A stretch of 41,327 nucleotides of DNA from a virus (taxonomy: Duplodnaviria > Caudoviricetes), in IMG/VR virus record IMGVR_UViG_3300020385_000023, positions 1 through 41,327 of that record. One strand, 5' to 3'. This document shows positions 1-9,793 of the stretch, one piece after another; the first letter of the stretch is position 1; each line of letters begins with the position of its first letter. The position numbers and the translations under genes are program-made. The notes under the pieces were generated by a model. The model was not told the DNA's origin. It saw nothing but the letters and a program-made list of their open reading frames with translations, and ran no database searches.

Positions 1-77
1 AAAAGTTTAAAATCGATACGCCCGCCATCTTGATTGAAATGGTCGAGGCTAAGCCAGGGGATGCGATCACCGGAGGG
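1..77. repeat. 77-bp terminal direct repeat (copy 1); circular assembly overlap
   Basis: Identical to 41251-41327. A reading frame runs uninterrupted across the junction. Confidence 0.95.
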
Positions 78-500
78 CGCCAGGCGTTCGATTGTGCGTT
101 TCAGTTCTATTGCATCTTGTCGAAGAAAACGCCCCAACTGCCGTTAGCAGTGCGCAATTTAGCCGCTGCCGTTTCGCAAGTGGTGGGGTTCGGTGAACCA
201 ACCGAGAAAGAAATCGAACACGATCTTATTCCTAGCCAAAGTTGGGGACTGTCTAAGCGCGGGGTGAAACCCGTGGCTAAGGATTCCGTGGCCATTTATC
301 CAGGCATGTTTAAGCCGGGTAAAGGAGGCAGCGACAAAGCCCTGGGTTATGACTCGATGATCGTGTCATTTGAACAAAGTATTCACCTCGGCGATCTGAT
401 GCTCGACCCGAAAGAGTTCCTACCTGGTGAAATCACCATAGGCGGGGACTTTACCATCACGCCCGACTGGGAGGACCCAACCAATGGCCCGGAGTCTTGA
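1..500 (+). CDS. 3' part of putative tail completion/terminator protein (starts at ATG 41118, 210 aa in total)
   Basis: In frame with ATG 41118 across the circular junction (MNEATSNV...KIDTPAILIEMVEAK). Lies between the gpZ-like and baseplate V genes. Confidence 0.7.
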   Translation, partial: KFKIDTPAILIEMVEAKPGDAITGGRQAFDCAFQFYCILSKKTPQLPLAVRNLAAAVSQVVGFGEPTEKEIEHDLIPSQSWGLSKRGVKPVAKDSVAIYPGMFKPGKGGSDKALGYDSMIVSFEQSIHLGDLMLDPKEFLPGEITIGGDFTITPDWEDPTNGPES

Positions 501-1056
501 AGAACGCGTCTCTGAACTAGAACGCCAGTTCGCTCAGTCTTATGTACGTGGCAAGGTGTCCGAGATTGACCCGGATAACTGGTGCGTCAAAGTCGCTTAT
601 GGCACGGATGAAAAGCCGATGTCTACTGCGTGGCTACCGGTTAAGCCGATGCGCTCCGGTCAGGCGGTGGTGTGGTGGTTCCCCGAAGTAGATGAAGGGG
701 TCACGGTGCTGTCACCGGGCGATCTGCGCTTGGGTGAAGTATGGCCCGGCAGTTACCACAATGACAGGCCGCCCCCGACCACAAACCCGAACGAGTTCTT
801 TATCGCCTTTGGGGATGGATCCAAGGTGGTCCATGACCGCGAGTCGTCCAAACTCGATGTGGTCAATGTGGGAGACGTCGAAGTCACCACAAAGCAGAAT
901 CTAACCGTGAACACGACCGGCACCGTCAAAATCAATTCGGATGCGAAAGACATTCGATTGAACGAGGGTAAAGGCGTCGTTACTGGCGCGCACATTTGCC
1001 AGTTTACGGGTCAGCCACACAGTGACTGCAGCACGCAAGTTAAGGCGGGTAAATAA
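484..1056 (+). CDS. Baseplate assembly protein V / tail spike (P2 gpV-like)
   Basis: GKVSEID...TAWLP...WWFPEVDEGVTVLSPGDL OB-fold pattern, beta-repeat C-terminus, terminal His/Cys motif. Confidence 0.9.
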   Translation: MARSLEERVSELERQFAQSYVRGKVSEIDPDNWCVKVAYGTDEKPMSTAWLPVKPMRSGQAVVWWFPEVDEGVTVLSPGDLRLGEVWPGSYHNDRPPPTTNPNEFFIAFGDGSKVVHDRESSKLDVVNVGDVEVTTKQNLTVNTTGTVKINSDAKDIRLNEGKGVVTGAHICQFTGQPHSDCSTQVKAGK

Positions 1057-1253
1057 TGGCCTTAGATAAGCAAAGCCTCGAAGATCGCATCGTGGCCAAT
1101 ATGGTCAGCGCCGGTGCGAATGAATCCGGTGATCATTCCTGGGTTCGTCCTATGGCCAAAGCCATCGCCGAAGCGGTGGTCGATGAAATCACCACAAACG
1201 GCAAAGCAAATATTCAATCTGGCAGCAGTAAGGGCCAGCATCCAATCGTTTAA
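1056..1253 (+). CDS. Small baseplate-associated hypothetical protein
   Basis: TAATG-coupled to gpV; 65 aa. Confidence 0.7.
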   Translation: MALDKQSLEDRIVANMVSAGANESGDHSWVRPMAKAIAEAVVDEITTNGKANIQSGSSKGQHPIV

Positions 1254-1274
1254 CGAATTAAAGAATTAACGAAA
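1251..1274 (+). repeat. Octamer array A: TAACGAAT-TAAAGAAT-TAACGAAA
   Basis: Three tandem octamers fill the whole intergenic gap. Confidence 0.8.
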
Positions 1275-1636
1275 TGAAGCAAGGCACCGATCGCCAAACT
1301 GGCAAAGTTATCGGCGGCCTCGATTACTTGCGCCAGCGCATCACCGACGCTTTGGAAACCGAACAAGGCTCGTTAGTGGTTGAGCGTCAATATGGATCGC
1401 GGCTGCATGAGCTGGTTGATATGAATATCGACCTAAATTTTGAAATGGAATGTTATGTCCGCGTGGCTGAGTGTATCGCTAACCCTAAAAACGGGTTAGA
1501 CGACCTTCGTTTAACTGACATGAAAGTCGTATCTAGCCTAGACGGCCAAGTCACCTTGGATTTGTATGGGGTGCTTTTGGATAACGGCGAACCCATCGTT
1601 TTAGAGGGGATCATTATCGATGTCTCAAGGGATTAA
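1274..1636 (+). CDS. Baseplate wedge protein, gpW/gp25-like
   Basis: GTDRQTGK..G.DYLRQRITDAL.T..GSLV..R.YGSRL signature. Confidence 0.9.
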   Translation: MKQGTDRQTGKVIGGLDYLRQRITDALETEQGSLVVERQYGSRLHELVDMNIDLNFEMECYVRVAECIANPKNGLDDLRLTDMKVVSSLDGQVTLDLYGVLLDNGEPIVLEGIIIDVSRD

Positions 1637-2456
1637 CCTCGACCTATTACCGCCGTTAACTTTGGTTGTTCAGGTGCCTATCGATGAGATAGTCGCGGAT
1701 ATTGCCGAAAAAGCCGCGTTAGAAAATGCCGCCCCGGCGGACCCGTCTTATCGTTCGGCGTTGGCTTATGCCTATCGTGAAATGTACGTTCGCCAAGATG
1801 CCAACGAACAAGCCAAAGGCGTCATGCTGGCGTTCGCTAAGGGTCCGCAACTCGATCACATAGGTTCGACCTATTATCGAACCCCATTAGGCGACCCGGT
1901 TGTTCGTTTGGATGGTGAAAGCGATACGTCATACAAAATACGTCTGCAACTTTCGCCAGAGGGTTACAGCGTAGCAGGGCCTAAAGGGGCTTATCAGTTC
2001 TTTGGCTTATCTGCAGATAGTGACATTCGCTTTGTTGAGCCTATTTCACCAAGCCCCGCGGTGATGTCGCTTTACTTGCTGACATATTCCAATGATGGCG
2101 TGGCTAGCGATGAGTTGTGTCGAAAGGTGGAAAATTACGTGTGGCCATATCGTCCAATGGGCGATCGAGTCACAGCGTATTCTGCCGAGCTTATCCGCTA
2201 TACCGTGACAGCCGAATTACTGGTCGAAAAAGGTGCCGACTTAGCCGCTATTAAGCAACGGGCACTAGAAGAAGCGGCCGTTTATACGTTGAACGAAAAC
2301 AAGTTCGGCGGTTATATCTCGGATTCGGGCTTAAAAGATGCCATGACGGTCGGCAACGTTAAGAAAGTGAATTTAACCAACTGGACCGACAAAGTCGCCG
2401 AGGCACATCAAGTGCCGTTGTGTGACGGGATCACGATTACAGTGAGGGAAGTATGA
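1620..2456 (+). CDS. Baseplate J-like protein
   Basis: MLAFAKGPQLDHIG, RLDGESD..Y..R, SVAGP.GAY and RPMGDRV motifs. Confidence 0.92.
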   Translation: MSQGINLDLLPPLTLVVQVPIDEIVADIAEKAALENAAPADPSYRSALAYAYREMYVRQDANEQAKGVMLAFAKGPQLDHIGSTYYRTPLGDPVVRLDGESDTSYKIRLQLSPEGYSVAGPKGAYQFFGLSADSDIRFVEPISPSPAVMSLYLLTYSNDGVASDELCRKVENYVWPYRPMGDRVTAYSAELIRYTVTAELLVEKGADLAAIKQRALEEAAVYTLNENKFGGYISDSGLKDAMTVGNVKKVNLTNWTDKVAEAHQVPLCDGITITVREV

Positions 2457-3076
2457 CAACCATATTACCCCCGAACGTATCGGACCTAGAGAAGAACCTC
2501 GACGAAGCGGGGGCGTCTCGTCTCAATGAGATAAAAACGCCCGTCGCGACCGTGTGGGATGCCAACAATTGCCCGATTGAGGCTTTGCCTTATTTAGCCT
2601 GGGCGTTGTCCGTGGATTACTGGCGATCCGATTGGCCGGAAAGCATTCAGCGTCAAGTGACGGCTGATTCCCCCGACTATCACAGAATCAAAGGTTCTCG
2701 CCCCGCCGTTGAGCGAGCCATTAAAAACTTAGGTTTTGATGCTAAGTGCTACGAATGGTTTGAAATGGTGCCAGAGGGTGAGCCGTGTACGTTCCGGGTC
2801 GATGTCTTTGCCAAAGACAGACCAATCACCGAAGACATGGCACTTGAAATTGGACACTCGATCAATGCAGCGAAGCGCGACACGCTCCACGTACTCGATG
2901 TCAAAATTAACTTGCGCAGTGATGCCAAGCTGCATTTGGCGGCGTTCTCTAAGGTTGGCGAACGGCTTCGAATCTTGCCAAGGCAACAACAAACTTTAAC
3001 AAATCAAACCCAGCTTAATTTAGCGGTTGGGTTACGAATTACAGAAACCACGCGATTAACTCCGAGGGCTGCATGA
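2453..3076 (+). CDS. Tail protein I (P2 gpI-like)
   Basis: WDANNCP..ALPYLAWALSVD.W...HRIKGS..AV motif. Confidence 0.92.
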   Translation: MTTILPPNVSDLEKNLDEAGASRLNEIKTPVATVWDANNCPIEALPYLAWALSVDYWRSDWPESIQRQVTADSPDYHRIKGSRPAVERAIKNLGFDAKCYEWFEMVPEGEPCTFRVDVFAKDRPITEDMALEIGHSINAAKRDTLHVLDVKINLRSDAKLHLAAFSKVGERLRILPRQQQTLTNQTQLNLAVGLRITETTRLTPRAA

Positions 3077-4287
3077 ACTACAGTACAATCCCGACAGTAG
3101 TCGGCGCGGCAAAGCTGCGAAATGCATCATTGCTAGGGCAAAAGGTAGATATTACCCGGGTTGCCTTTGGTGATGGGGACGGCGCGGAATATGAGCCGAC
3201 AGGCCAAGAAACCACGCTGAAAAAACAAATCTATGAATGCCCGCCGAATCGAATCGAAGAAGAATCCGGAGCGCCATCATGGATCGAGTTGGAAGCGGTG
3301 ATCCCGCATAACGTCGGCGGGTGGTATTTGCGTGAGGTTGGGTGTTTCGACGATGAAGGTGATTTAATTTTCATTGGTAACTTACCGTCGTCATTTAAGC
3401 CGTCAGGCGAAGCCGGTGTTATTAAAGATCTGGTTTTCGAAATGGTTTATGACGCCGTGGCCGCGAATGTGGTGCAAATCAAGATTGACCCGAATGTTGT
3501 TATCGCGACGCGTAAATATGTGGATGACCAGGATAAGGCGCATACGGATAATGCTCATCCACACCCACAGTATGCCAAGGAAAATGACGTATCAAAGTTA
3601 ATATTTGATAGTCAGTTTTTGCCCTATGACTCACAACGAACTTATGCCATTGGTGAGGTTTGTTATACCAAAAACCAAGCCACGGGTGAGTTAAGTTACT
3701 GGCAATGGTATTCCAATGTTGAATCATTGGCTGGGAAAAACCCACTGACGAATGAGAATCGTCAATCTGGTTGGACGGACGATACAAAACCGTTTTATTG
3801 GACGCCTTACAAAAAATCACGCCCTGGTGCTCCGTTATGGCCTTGGATGAGCATGACCTTTCCAGAAGGTACGCTCAATGTATTAGGTAATTCTGTTCCT
3901 GTCGCTGTGTTCTGGCGTTTGGCAGCTGCGTTCCCTGAGTTTGTTAATCAGGGAACAGGGATGATTGATTTTCCAGAGGCAAGAGGTGAGTTTTTCCGTG
4001 TCCTAGACCAAGGAAGAGGGGTGGACACAAACCGTACATTTGGCAGTTCTCAGCTTGACGCTTTCCAAGGGCATTCGAGAATTTTAAGACGTTCCGGTGG
4101 TGGTACAGATACTGTGCATGGTTTGGTTAACGTGTCGACGGGTGGTGATTACAAAGTGCCTACAGCGCAAGGTACGGGAGATGTGTGGAAACCCGCCGAG
4201 TATACTGATGATGGTCATGGATCTCCTCGTGTTGGATACGAAACACGTTCACGAAACTTAGCATTTCCATTATTGGTAGAGGTGTAA
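3073..4287 (+). CDS. Tail fibre protein (P2 gpH-like N-terminus, collar-like C-terminus)
   Basis: IP..VGGWYLREVG, IDPNVVIATRKYVD, HPHPQY, RGEFFR.LDQGRGVD and ETRSRNLAF motifs. Confidence 0.9.
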   Translation: MNYSTIPTVVGAAKLRNASLLGQKVDITRVAFGDGDGAEYEPTGQETTLKKQIYECPPNRIEEESGAPSWIELEAVIPHNVGGWYLREVGCFDDEGDLIFIGNLPSSFKPSGEAGVIKDLVFEMVYDAVAANVVQIKIDPNVVIATRKYVDDQDKAHTDNAHPHPQYAKENDVSKLIFDSQFLPYDSQRTYAIGEVCYTKNQATGELSYWQWYSNVESLAGKNPLTNENRQSGWTDDTKPFYWTPYKKSRPGAPLWPWMSMTFPEGTLNVLGNSVPVAVFWRLAAAFPEFVNQGTGMIDFPEARGEFFRVLDQGRGVDTNRTFGSSQLDAFQGHSRILRRSGGGTDTVHGLVNVSTGGDYKVPTAQGTGDVWKPAEYTDDGHGSPRVGYETRSRNLAFPLLVEV

Positions 4288-4289
4288 CC

Positions 4290-4826
4290 ATGAATAAGTA
4301 TTGGAATATCGACCCAGAAACCAGAGAGGTGTTGGGTGAAGTTACAGCCGATAAATGGAACACCCCTCGTAACGTACTGTTAACTAAACCGCTACCACCC
4401 AAGGAAGGATGTTTAGTCATAGCTAAGGAAGATTTGAGTGGTTCAGAGTATATCGAAGACCATCGAGGCACTACGATTTATGATGAATCAGATTGCACTA
4501 AATCGGAAGTGGTTTCTGAACTTGGTCCCATTAAAGACGGGTTTACGCCAGATAAGCCATTAACGGTTTTTGATGAACGAATTGATGGTCAATGGGTTAC
4601 AAACGAAAGCAATAAATACATTGCCGAATATAACCAGGTTGATGATGCGCGCCGAGCCGCTTATTTTCAGGTTGTTACCCCGCTCATTGATGAGGCAAAA
4701 ATCAAACGTGATTTGATTAAAACGCCGGAAGCCATCGCCGAAGCGGACGAACTAGAGCAACAAGCCAAAGCCGCTCGACAGAAAATCCAAACAGAAAACC
4801 CGTGGCCAACACCACCAACTAACTAA
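4290..4826 (+). CDS. Tail fibre assembly chaperone
   Basis: Follows the fibre gene; YIEDHRGTTIY, LGPIKDGFT and C-terminal PWP motifs. Confidence 0.85.
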   Translation: MNKYWNIDPETREVLGEVTADKWNTPRNVLLTKPLPPKEGCLVIAKEDLSGSEYIEDHRGTTIYDESDCTKSEVVSELGPIKDGFTPDKPLTVFDERIDGQWVTNESNKYIAEYNQVDDARRAAYFQVVTPLIDEAKIKRDLIKTPEAIAEADELEQQAKAARQKIQTENPWPTPPTN

Positions 4827-4852
4827 AGCCCGCTAAATCAGCGGGCTTTTTT
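4825..4852 (+). terminator. Intrinsic terminator
   Basis: aaagcccgct-aaatc-agcgggcttt followed by a T tract. Confidence 0.85.
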
Positions 4853-4873
4853 GTACCTACTTTAAACCCACAT

Positions 4874-4897
4874 AACCCAGCTTCGGCTGGGTTTTTT
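4874..4897 (+). terminator. Second tandem intrinsic terminator
   Basis: aacccagc-ttcg-gctgggtt followed by a T tract. Confidence 0.85.
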
Positions 4898-4925
4898 ATT
4901 ACCCGTAACAAGGAGATCACACCTC

Positions 4926-6404
4926 ATGGCAGGAGATTATTTCCACGGTGCCGAAACGTATTTACTACCAGATACGACACGCCCGATCGAAGTCCTGGCC
5001 GCGTCCACTATCGGTTTAGTGGCAACGGCGCCCAATGCTCAATCTGCTATCGCGGCCACGTTAACCCTGGGCGAAGATAATAGCGCCCTGACCGTGTCAG
5101 CGGTTGAAACGGGTCCTCGTGGCAACGGTATCAGTATCGAACTGATTGACCCAGAAGCGAACGACGTCGCGCTTTCGGTGGCCCTCGATGGCGATGCCAT
5201 TCAAGTCACCTTAGCCACTGGCGCCGATGGGGTAATCACGTCTACCGCGTCCGAAGTTGCCAGCGCGTTAAACGCTGACGATGCAGCGAACGACTTAATC
5301 ACGGCCGCCGCGGGCGGTGATGGTTCGGGCGTCATCGAATACGCTTACCAGGTGTATTTATCTGGCGGTGAGGATGAACCGTTCCCACTGAATAAGCCGA
5401 CGCTCGTCACCTCGGACAAGCTGATCGCTAAAGCGGGCAGTGATGGCACGTTAAAAGATGCCTTAACCGACATTTACAACCAAACCGGCGCGGTGGTGGT
5501 TGTGGTTCGTGTCGCCGAAGGTAATGACGAAGCGACCACCAAAGCCAACGTGATCGGCTCAATGGATGCGAACGGTAACACGACAGGCTTAGCCGCCTTG
5601 GAAGGAGCTGAGGGTTTGCTCGGTATTCGTCCTCGCTTGATCATCGCTCCGGAGTTCTCACACCTATCGAGTGTGGGCGAGAAGATGGAAAGCGTAGCGA
5701 AAAACCTTAACGGTATCGCCCTGATTGACTCGGACCATTACGACACTTACAGCAACGTGATCAAACGTGCGCGTAAGTTTGCCGAAGCGTATTTCTTGCA
5801 CGGTGGTATTTCAGTCTATGACCCAGACAAGAAAACCACGGTTAAGCGTCACATGTCGGCCACGGTAGCCGGTCATATTGTGCGTGTTGATAACGATGAG
5901 GGTTACTGGAACTCACCATCGAACCGCAAGATCTACGAGATTGAAGGCACGGCGATCGATATTCCTTATGTATCGAGTGGACCAGGTGCGAAAAGCTGCT
6001 TAGCGAACCAGCTCAACAGCAACAACATTGTAACCATCGTAAATAAAAAGGGTGGTTGGCATCTATGGGGCAACCGCCTCACCAATGGCGTCATGCTACC
6101 GCATCAACGTATTCGTTACATTGTCGGCGATAGCATCAACGAAGCGCACCAGGACGCCGTGGACCGTAATGTCACTAAGAACTATGTCGAGTCAGTGACG
6201 GGCCGCGTAAATTTGTTCTTGCGCCGACTGACAGGGAAAGTGATCAGCGGTGGCCTTTGTTGGGTGGATACCGAAGATAACATCAACGCGATCGGAACAG
6301 GTCAGGTGTTCTTTGATTACGACCTCGGATTCTACGACGTGGCCGAACGTGTGACATTCCGTCAGCACGTTAACCGTACTTATAACGAACAAATTTTTAG
6401 CTAA
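4926..6404 (+). CDS. Contractile tail sheath protein (P2 FI-like)
   Basis: YFHG.E, IGLVATAP, PRLIIAPEF, GYWNSPSN and LWGNRL motifs. Confidence 0.93.
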   Translation: MAGDYFHGAETYLLPDTTRPIEVLAASTIGLVATAPNAQSAIAATLTLGEDNSALTVSAVETGPRGNGISIELIDPEANDVALSVALDGDAIQVTLATGADGVITSTASEVASALNADDAANDLITAAAGGDGSGVIEYAYQVYLSGGEDEPFPLNKPTLVTSDKLIAKAGSDGTLKDALTDIYNQTGAVVVVVRVAEGNDEATTKANVIGSMDANGNTTGLAALEGAEGLLGIRPRLIIAPEFSHLSSVGEKMESVAKNLNGIALIDSDHYDTYSNVIKRARKFAEAYFLHGGISVYDPDKKTTVKRHMSATVAGHIVRVDNDEGYWNSPSNRKIYEIEGTAIDIPYVSSGPGAKSCLANQLNSNNIVTIVNKKGGWHLWGNRLTNGVMLPHQRIRYIVGDSINEAHQDAVDRNVTKNYVESVTGRVNLFLRRLTGKVISGGLCWVDTEDNINAIGTGQVFFDYDLGFYDVAERVTFRQHVNRTYNEQIFS

Positions 6405-6415
6405 GGGGCTGACAG

Positions 6416-6928
6416 ATGGCAGGTATTCCAAGTGTATTGGTAGATTTTAACGCCTTTCTGAAAAACAACAGTTACGCCGGCAAGGCGAACAAAATCACGC
6501 TGCCTAAAGTCGTGATGAAAACTCTCGACTTTGATGGTGCTGGTATTGGTGGCACCGTGAAACGCAGCGTCGGCAAACTGGAAGCGATGGAAATGGAAGT
6601 GACCGTCTCGGATTACTCGAAAGATGTGATGGGGATGGTGGGCTCTCGTTCGAGTCGTAACGAAGTGGTGACGTTCCGCGGCGCCCTTGAACGTGACGGT
6701 GAAATTAAAACTGTGATTGTTCGTGCCTCGGGTTTCTGGCGTGAACTGGAGTTCAACGAATGGGCCCCAGGCAGTGAAGCCACAAACAAGGTGGTGATCG
6801 ATGTTGAATACATCGAGCTGGAAGTAGACAACAAAAAAATGCTCGAAATCGACAAGCTCAATAACAAGTTTGTTGGCGCCGATGGCAAAGACCGAAACGA
6901 AGAAATTCGCAACGCGTTAGGTCAGTAA
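6416..6928 (+). CDS. Major tail tube protein (P2 FII-like)
   Basis: FN.F....SY.G....ITLPK and EID..N....G.D motifs; follows the sheath gene. Confidence 0.92.
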   Translation: MAGIPSVLVDFNAFLKNNSYAGKANKITLPKVVMKTLDFDGAGIGGTVKRSVGKLEAMEMEVTVSDYSKDVMGMVGSRSSRNEVVTFRGALERDGEIKTVIVRASGFWRELEFNEWAPGSEATNKVVIDVEYIELEVDNKKMLEIDKLNNKFVGADGKDRNEEIRNALGQ

Positions 6929-6931
6929 ATA

Positions 6932-6955
6932 AATCTTTAAATCGTTAATTCTTTA
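6932..6955 (-). repeat. Octamer array B (minus strand: TAAAGAAT-TAACGATT-TAAAGATT)
   Basis: Plus strand reads aatcttta-aatcgtta-attcttta. Confidence 0.75.
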
Positions 6956-6962
6956 ATCTCAT

Positions 6963-6988
6963 AAGCCCAGCCCCGAGCTGGGTTTTTT
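6963..6988 (+). terminator. Intrinsic terminator
   Basis: cccagc-cccga-gctggg followed by a T tract. Confidence 0.8.
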
Positions 6989-7006
6989 ATTTGGAGTAAA
7001 GCCAAC

Positions 7007-7258
7007 ATGGCTAAAGTGACAGAGCTTAAAAAACCTATCAAACGTGGTGAGAAAGAAATCACATCGATCAATTTTCAAGAGCCAAATTCGGGCAGCCTTC
7101 GCGGCCTAGAGCTGATGGCTATTATGCGCATGGATGTAACTCAAGTCCGTAAACTTGTGCCACGTATTTCTGATATTACCGAAGCCGAGTTCGACACGCT
7201 TTGCCCTGCCGATCTTGCGTCAGTGTGTGCGGATGTCGTGGGTTTTTTCATGGAATAA
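7007..7258 (+). CDS. Tail assembly chaperone (P2 gpE-like)
   Basis: L..PI.RG..EI...P..GSLRGL...PRIS..L.PADL motif; ends in a slippery G GGT TTT. Confidence 0.9.
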   Translation: MAKVTELKKPIKRGEKEITSINFQEPNSGSLRGLELMAIMRMDVTQVRKLVPRISDITEAEFDTLCPADLASVCADVVGFFME

Positions 7259-7425
7259 ACCCCTTGCCGGCGGATGTGATGGAGGTGGAGGCCGACATTT
7301 ATTTGGTGTTCACCGGTTTTAATGCCAGTACCACGGCAGCCATGCCGTTAGGGGAACTAATGGACTGGCATCGCATCGCCATCGAGCGCCATGAAAAAGC
7401 GCAAGAAGCACAAAATGCCGGGTAG
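7240..7425 (+). CDS. -1 frameshift extension of the tail chaperone (gpE+E'-like)
   Basis: The -1 frame after GGGTTTT reads ADIYLVF...MPLGELMDWHRIAIER, matching the P2 E' pattern. Confidence 0.85.
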   Translation, partial: GFFHGINPLPADVMEVEADIYLVFTGFNASTTAAMPLGELMDWHRIAIERHEKAQEAQNAG

Positions 7426-7454
7426 TCCTTTGCGGGATTACCCGGCCTTTTTTT
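7417..7454 (+). terminator. Intrinsic terminator before the tape measure gene
   Basis: gccgggtagtcc...ggattacccggc followed by a T tract. Confidence 0.75.
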
Positions 7455-7471
7455 GTTTGTAAGGGGCCTGT

Positions 7472-9781
7472 ATGTCCGATCAAAAACATAAACTGACGAT
7501 GGTCATGGAAATGGTGGATAAATACACCGCCCCATTCCAGAAAGTCACCGACCAAAGCAAAAAGTCGGCGGTGGCCATCGAGAACACGCACAAGCAACTT
7601 AAACGACTGCAGCAAACCTCGGGCGATCTTGAATCCTTCAAGCAGCTAAAACGAGAAAGCGCCAACACCGAGCGCGCGCTCGATGCGCAGCAAAAGAAAG
7701 TCGCTCAATTAGCCCAGCAGATCAAACAGGCCGAAACGCCTAGCCGTGCTTTGACCAATGAGTTCAACCGGGCCAAGCGTGAAGCGCAGCAGCTCACCAA
7801 GCAACACGAAAAAGAAAACACACAACTGTCTGAAATGCGTACCCGCTTAAATGCGGCCGGAGTGAGTACCAAGAACTTACGCCAGGCAACCAGCCAGTTA
7901 GAACGTCACACCGCCCGAGTCAATCAACGCTTAGAGGAACAGCAACGCAAGTTAGAAGCGGTGGCGCAGCGTGAGAAAAAACTCACCGCCTTGCGCGATA
8001 AAAACAGCGCTTTGATGGGGTCTGCAGCAATGGACACCGCCAAGGTGGGCGCAGCAGTGTTTGCGATGAAACAGCTCACCGATAGTTATGGCGAAGTGGC
8101 CAGCGCCCAGGGCACGATCCAGAGCTTGGGGATCGGTGCCGAGGGTATCGAGGAGATCACGCAAGCCGCAAAAGATTTTACTAACCAATGGGCGGGCACC
8201 ACACAAGCCGAATTTATCGCAGCAAGCTACGACATCAAATCGGGTATTTCGTCGCTGTCTGATGCCGCTGTGGGCGAATTTACCCGCATTGCAGCCATGA
8301 CGGCGGGCGCAACGAAATCAACCACGGACCAAATGACCAGTTTGTTCGCGTCCGGTTACGGTATTTACCGCAAACAGTTTGATAAGTTTGGCGGTGATAC
8401 GATTGCCGGTTGGAACGCGATGTCCGAGCAAGAGCGGGACATGCAATTCGGTAAGTATTTCAGTGCCGGGATTGCCTCATCGGTGCAAGCGTTTAAAACC
8501 GATGGCGAAAACATGAGCGCGGCGATCTCTAATCTGGGTGCTGCAGCCACTTCGGCGAACGTGTCGTTTGCGGAGCAGCTTTCCGTTTTAGGTCAGTTAC
8601 AAGCGACCATGTCCGGCAGTGAAGCGGCCACGAAATATAAGGCGTTCTTAGGGTCTGCCGCCCGCGCCGGTGATCAGCTGGGGTTAAGCTTCCTTGATGC
8701 CAATAATCAGCTTAAAGGGATGCCCGACATCCTCGCTGAGTTGCAAAGTAAATACGGCGATACGATTGACGCCGTCGAAGAACAGGAGCTTAAAAAGGCG
8801 TTCGGAACAGATGAAGCAATGGCAATGATCAAGTTGCTCTATCCCGAAACCGACAAGTTAAAAGAAAACATTCTCTCGATGAATGGCGCGCTGCAGGGCG
8901 GTATGGACACCACGAACAAGATGGCCGAGGCGATCTTAAACGGTCCAACCGAATCGACCCAGCGCATGAACCAGCGTGTGCAGAACTTAACGGCCACGTT
9001 GGGGAAAGTGTTCGCCCCGATGATGATGTTTATCACAGATACCGTGGGCGAGGCGGCCATGATGATCGCCAGCTTTGCCGAGAAATTCCCATTCTTAACC
9101 CAAATGATAGGCGGGGCCATTATGGCCATCATTGCGCTTAAAACGGGTCTGATTGCCGTTAAAGCCGCTCAAATCGCCTATAACTTCGCGATGATCACCT
9201 CGATGCAGTCAATGGGGATCATGGCCACGATGCAAAAGGCGCTCGCGTTTGGTGCGAAAGCCTGGGCGGTGGCGCAATGGGGTTTAAATGCCGCGTTGAA
9301 TGCGAACCCTATCGGCTTGGTTGTGTTGGCTGTGATGGCACTGATCGGCGTGGTTGCCCTGGTGATTAAGTATTGGGAACCGCTTGGTGAGTTCTTTACC
9401 AACTTGTGGGACGGCATTGTCAGCAAGTTCACCGGAGCAATGGAAACCATCGGCGCCCTGGTGGGAAAAGTCGCCGGATGGTGGAACAGCTTATTCGGTG
9501 ATGATGAAACGGCCGTTAAAAACATTGCCATGAATGGCCAGGTGACAACCTCGGGCAGTTCACCGGCTTTAGCAGCCAGTGGCGGGGTGATGCCTTATCA
9601 AGCCAAAACGGGGATCAGTGCCAGCCGTGGCGCTTCCAATACCTACCAAACTGAAAACAAAATCCAGATCGTACAGCAGCCTGGCGAAAGCCAGGACGAC
9701 TTAGCGCGTCGAGTTGCCGAAGAAATGGACCGCCGAGAACGTGACCGCGCCCGCCGTCAACGTGGGGCTTTATACGATTAA
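7472..9781 (+). CDS. Tail tape measure protein
   Basis: 769-aa Ala-rich helical protein with ANPIG motif and hydrophobic segments; expected position. Confidence 0.93.
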   Translation: MSDQKHKLTMVMEMVDKYTAPFQKVTDQSKKSAVAIENTHKQLKRLQQTSGDLESFKQLKRESANTERALDAQQKKVAQLAQQIKQAETPSRALTNEFNRAKREAQQLTKQHEKENTQLSEMRTRLNAAGVSTKNLRQATSQLERHTARVNQRLEEQQRKLEAVAQREKKLTALRDKNSALMGSAAMDTAKVGAAVFAMKQLTDSYGEVASAQGTIQSLGIGAEGIEEITQAAKDFTNQWAGTTQAEFIAASYDIKSGISSLSDAAVGEFTRIAAMTAGATKSTTDQMTSLFASGYGIYRKQFDKFGGDTIAGWNAMSEQERDMQFGKYFSAGIASSVQAFKTDGENMSAAISNLGAAATSANVSFAEQLSVLGQLQATMSGSEAATKYKAFLGSAARAGDQLGLSFLDANNQLKGMPDILAELQSKYGDTIDAVEEQELKKAFGTDEAMAMIKLLYPETDKLKENILSMNGALQGGMDTTNKMAEAILNGPTESTQRMNQRVQNLTATLGKVFAPMMMFITDTVGEAAMMIASFAEKFPFLTQMIGGAIMAIIALKTGLIAVKAAQIAYNFAMITSMQSMGIMATMQKALAFGAKAWAVAQWGLNAALNANPIGLVVLAVMALIGVVALVIKYWEPLGEFFTNLWDGIVSKFTGAMETIGALVGKVAGWWNSLFGDDETAVKNIAMNGQVTTSGSSPALAASGGVMPYQAKTGISASRGASNTYQTENKIQIVQQPGESQDDLARRVAEEMDRRERDRARRQRGALYD

Positions 9782-9793
9782 GGAGCTTAATTA

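Noticed and set aside
3073-4826. Tail-fibre inversion system or DGR
   Set aside because: No inverted fibre cassette, crossover repeats or reverse transcriptase; the resolvase-like ORF is distant and degenerate
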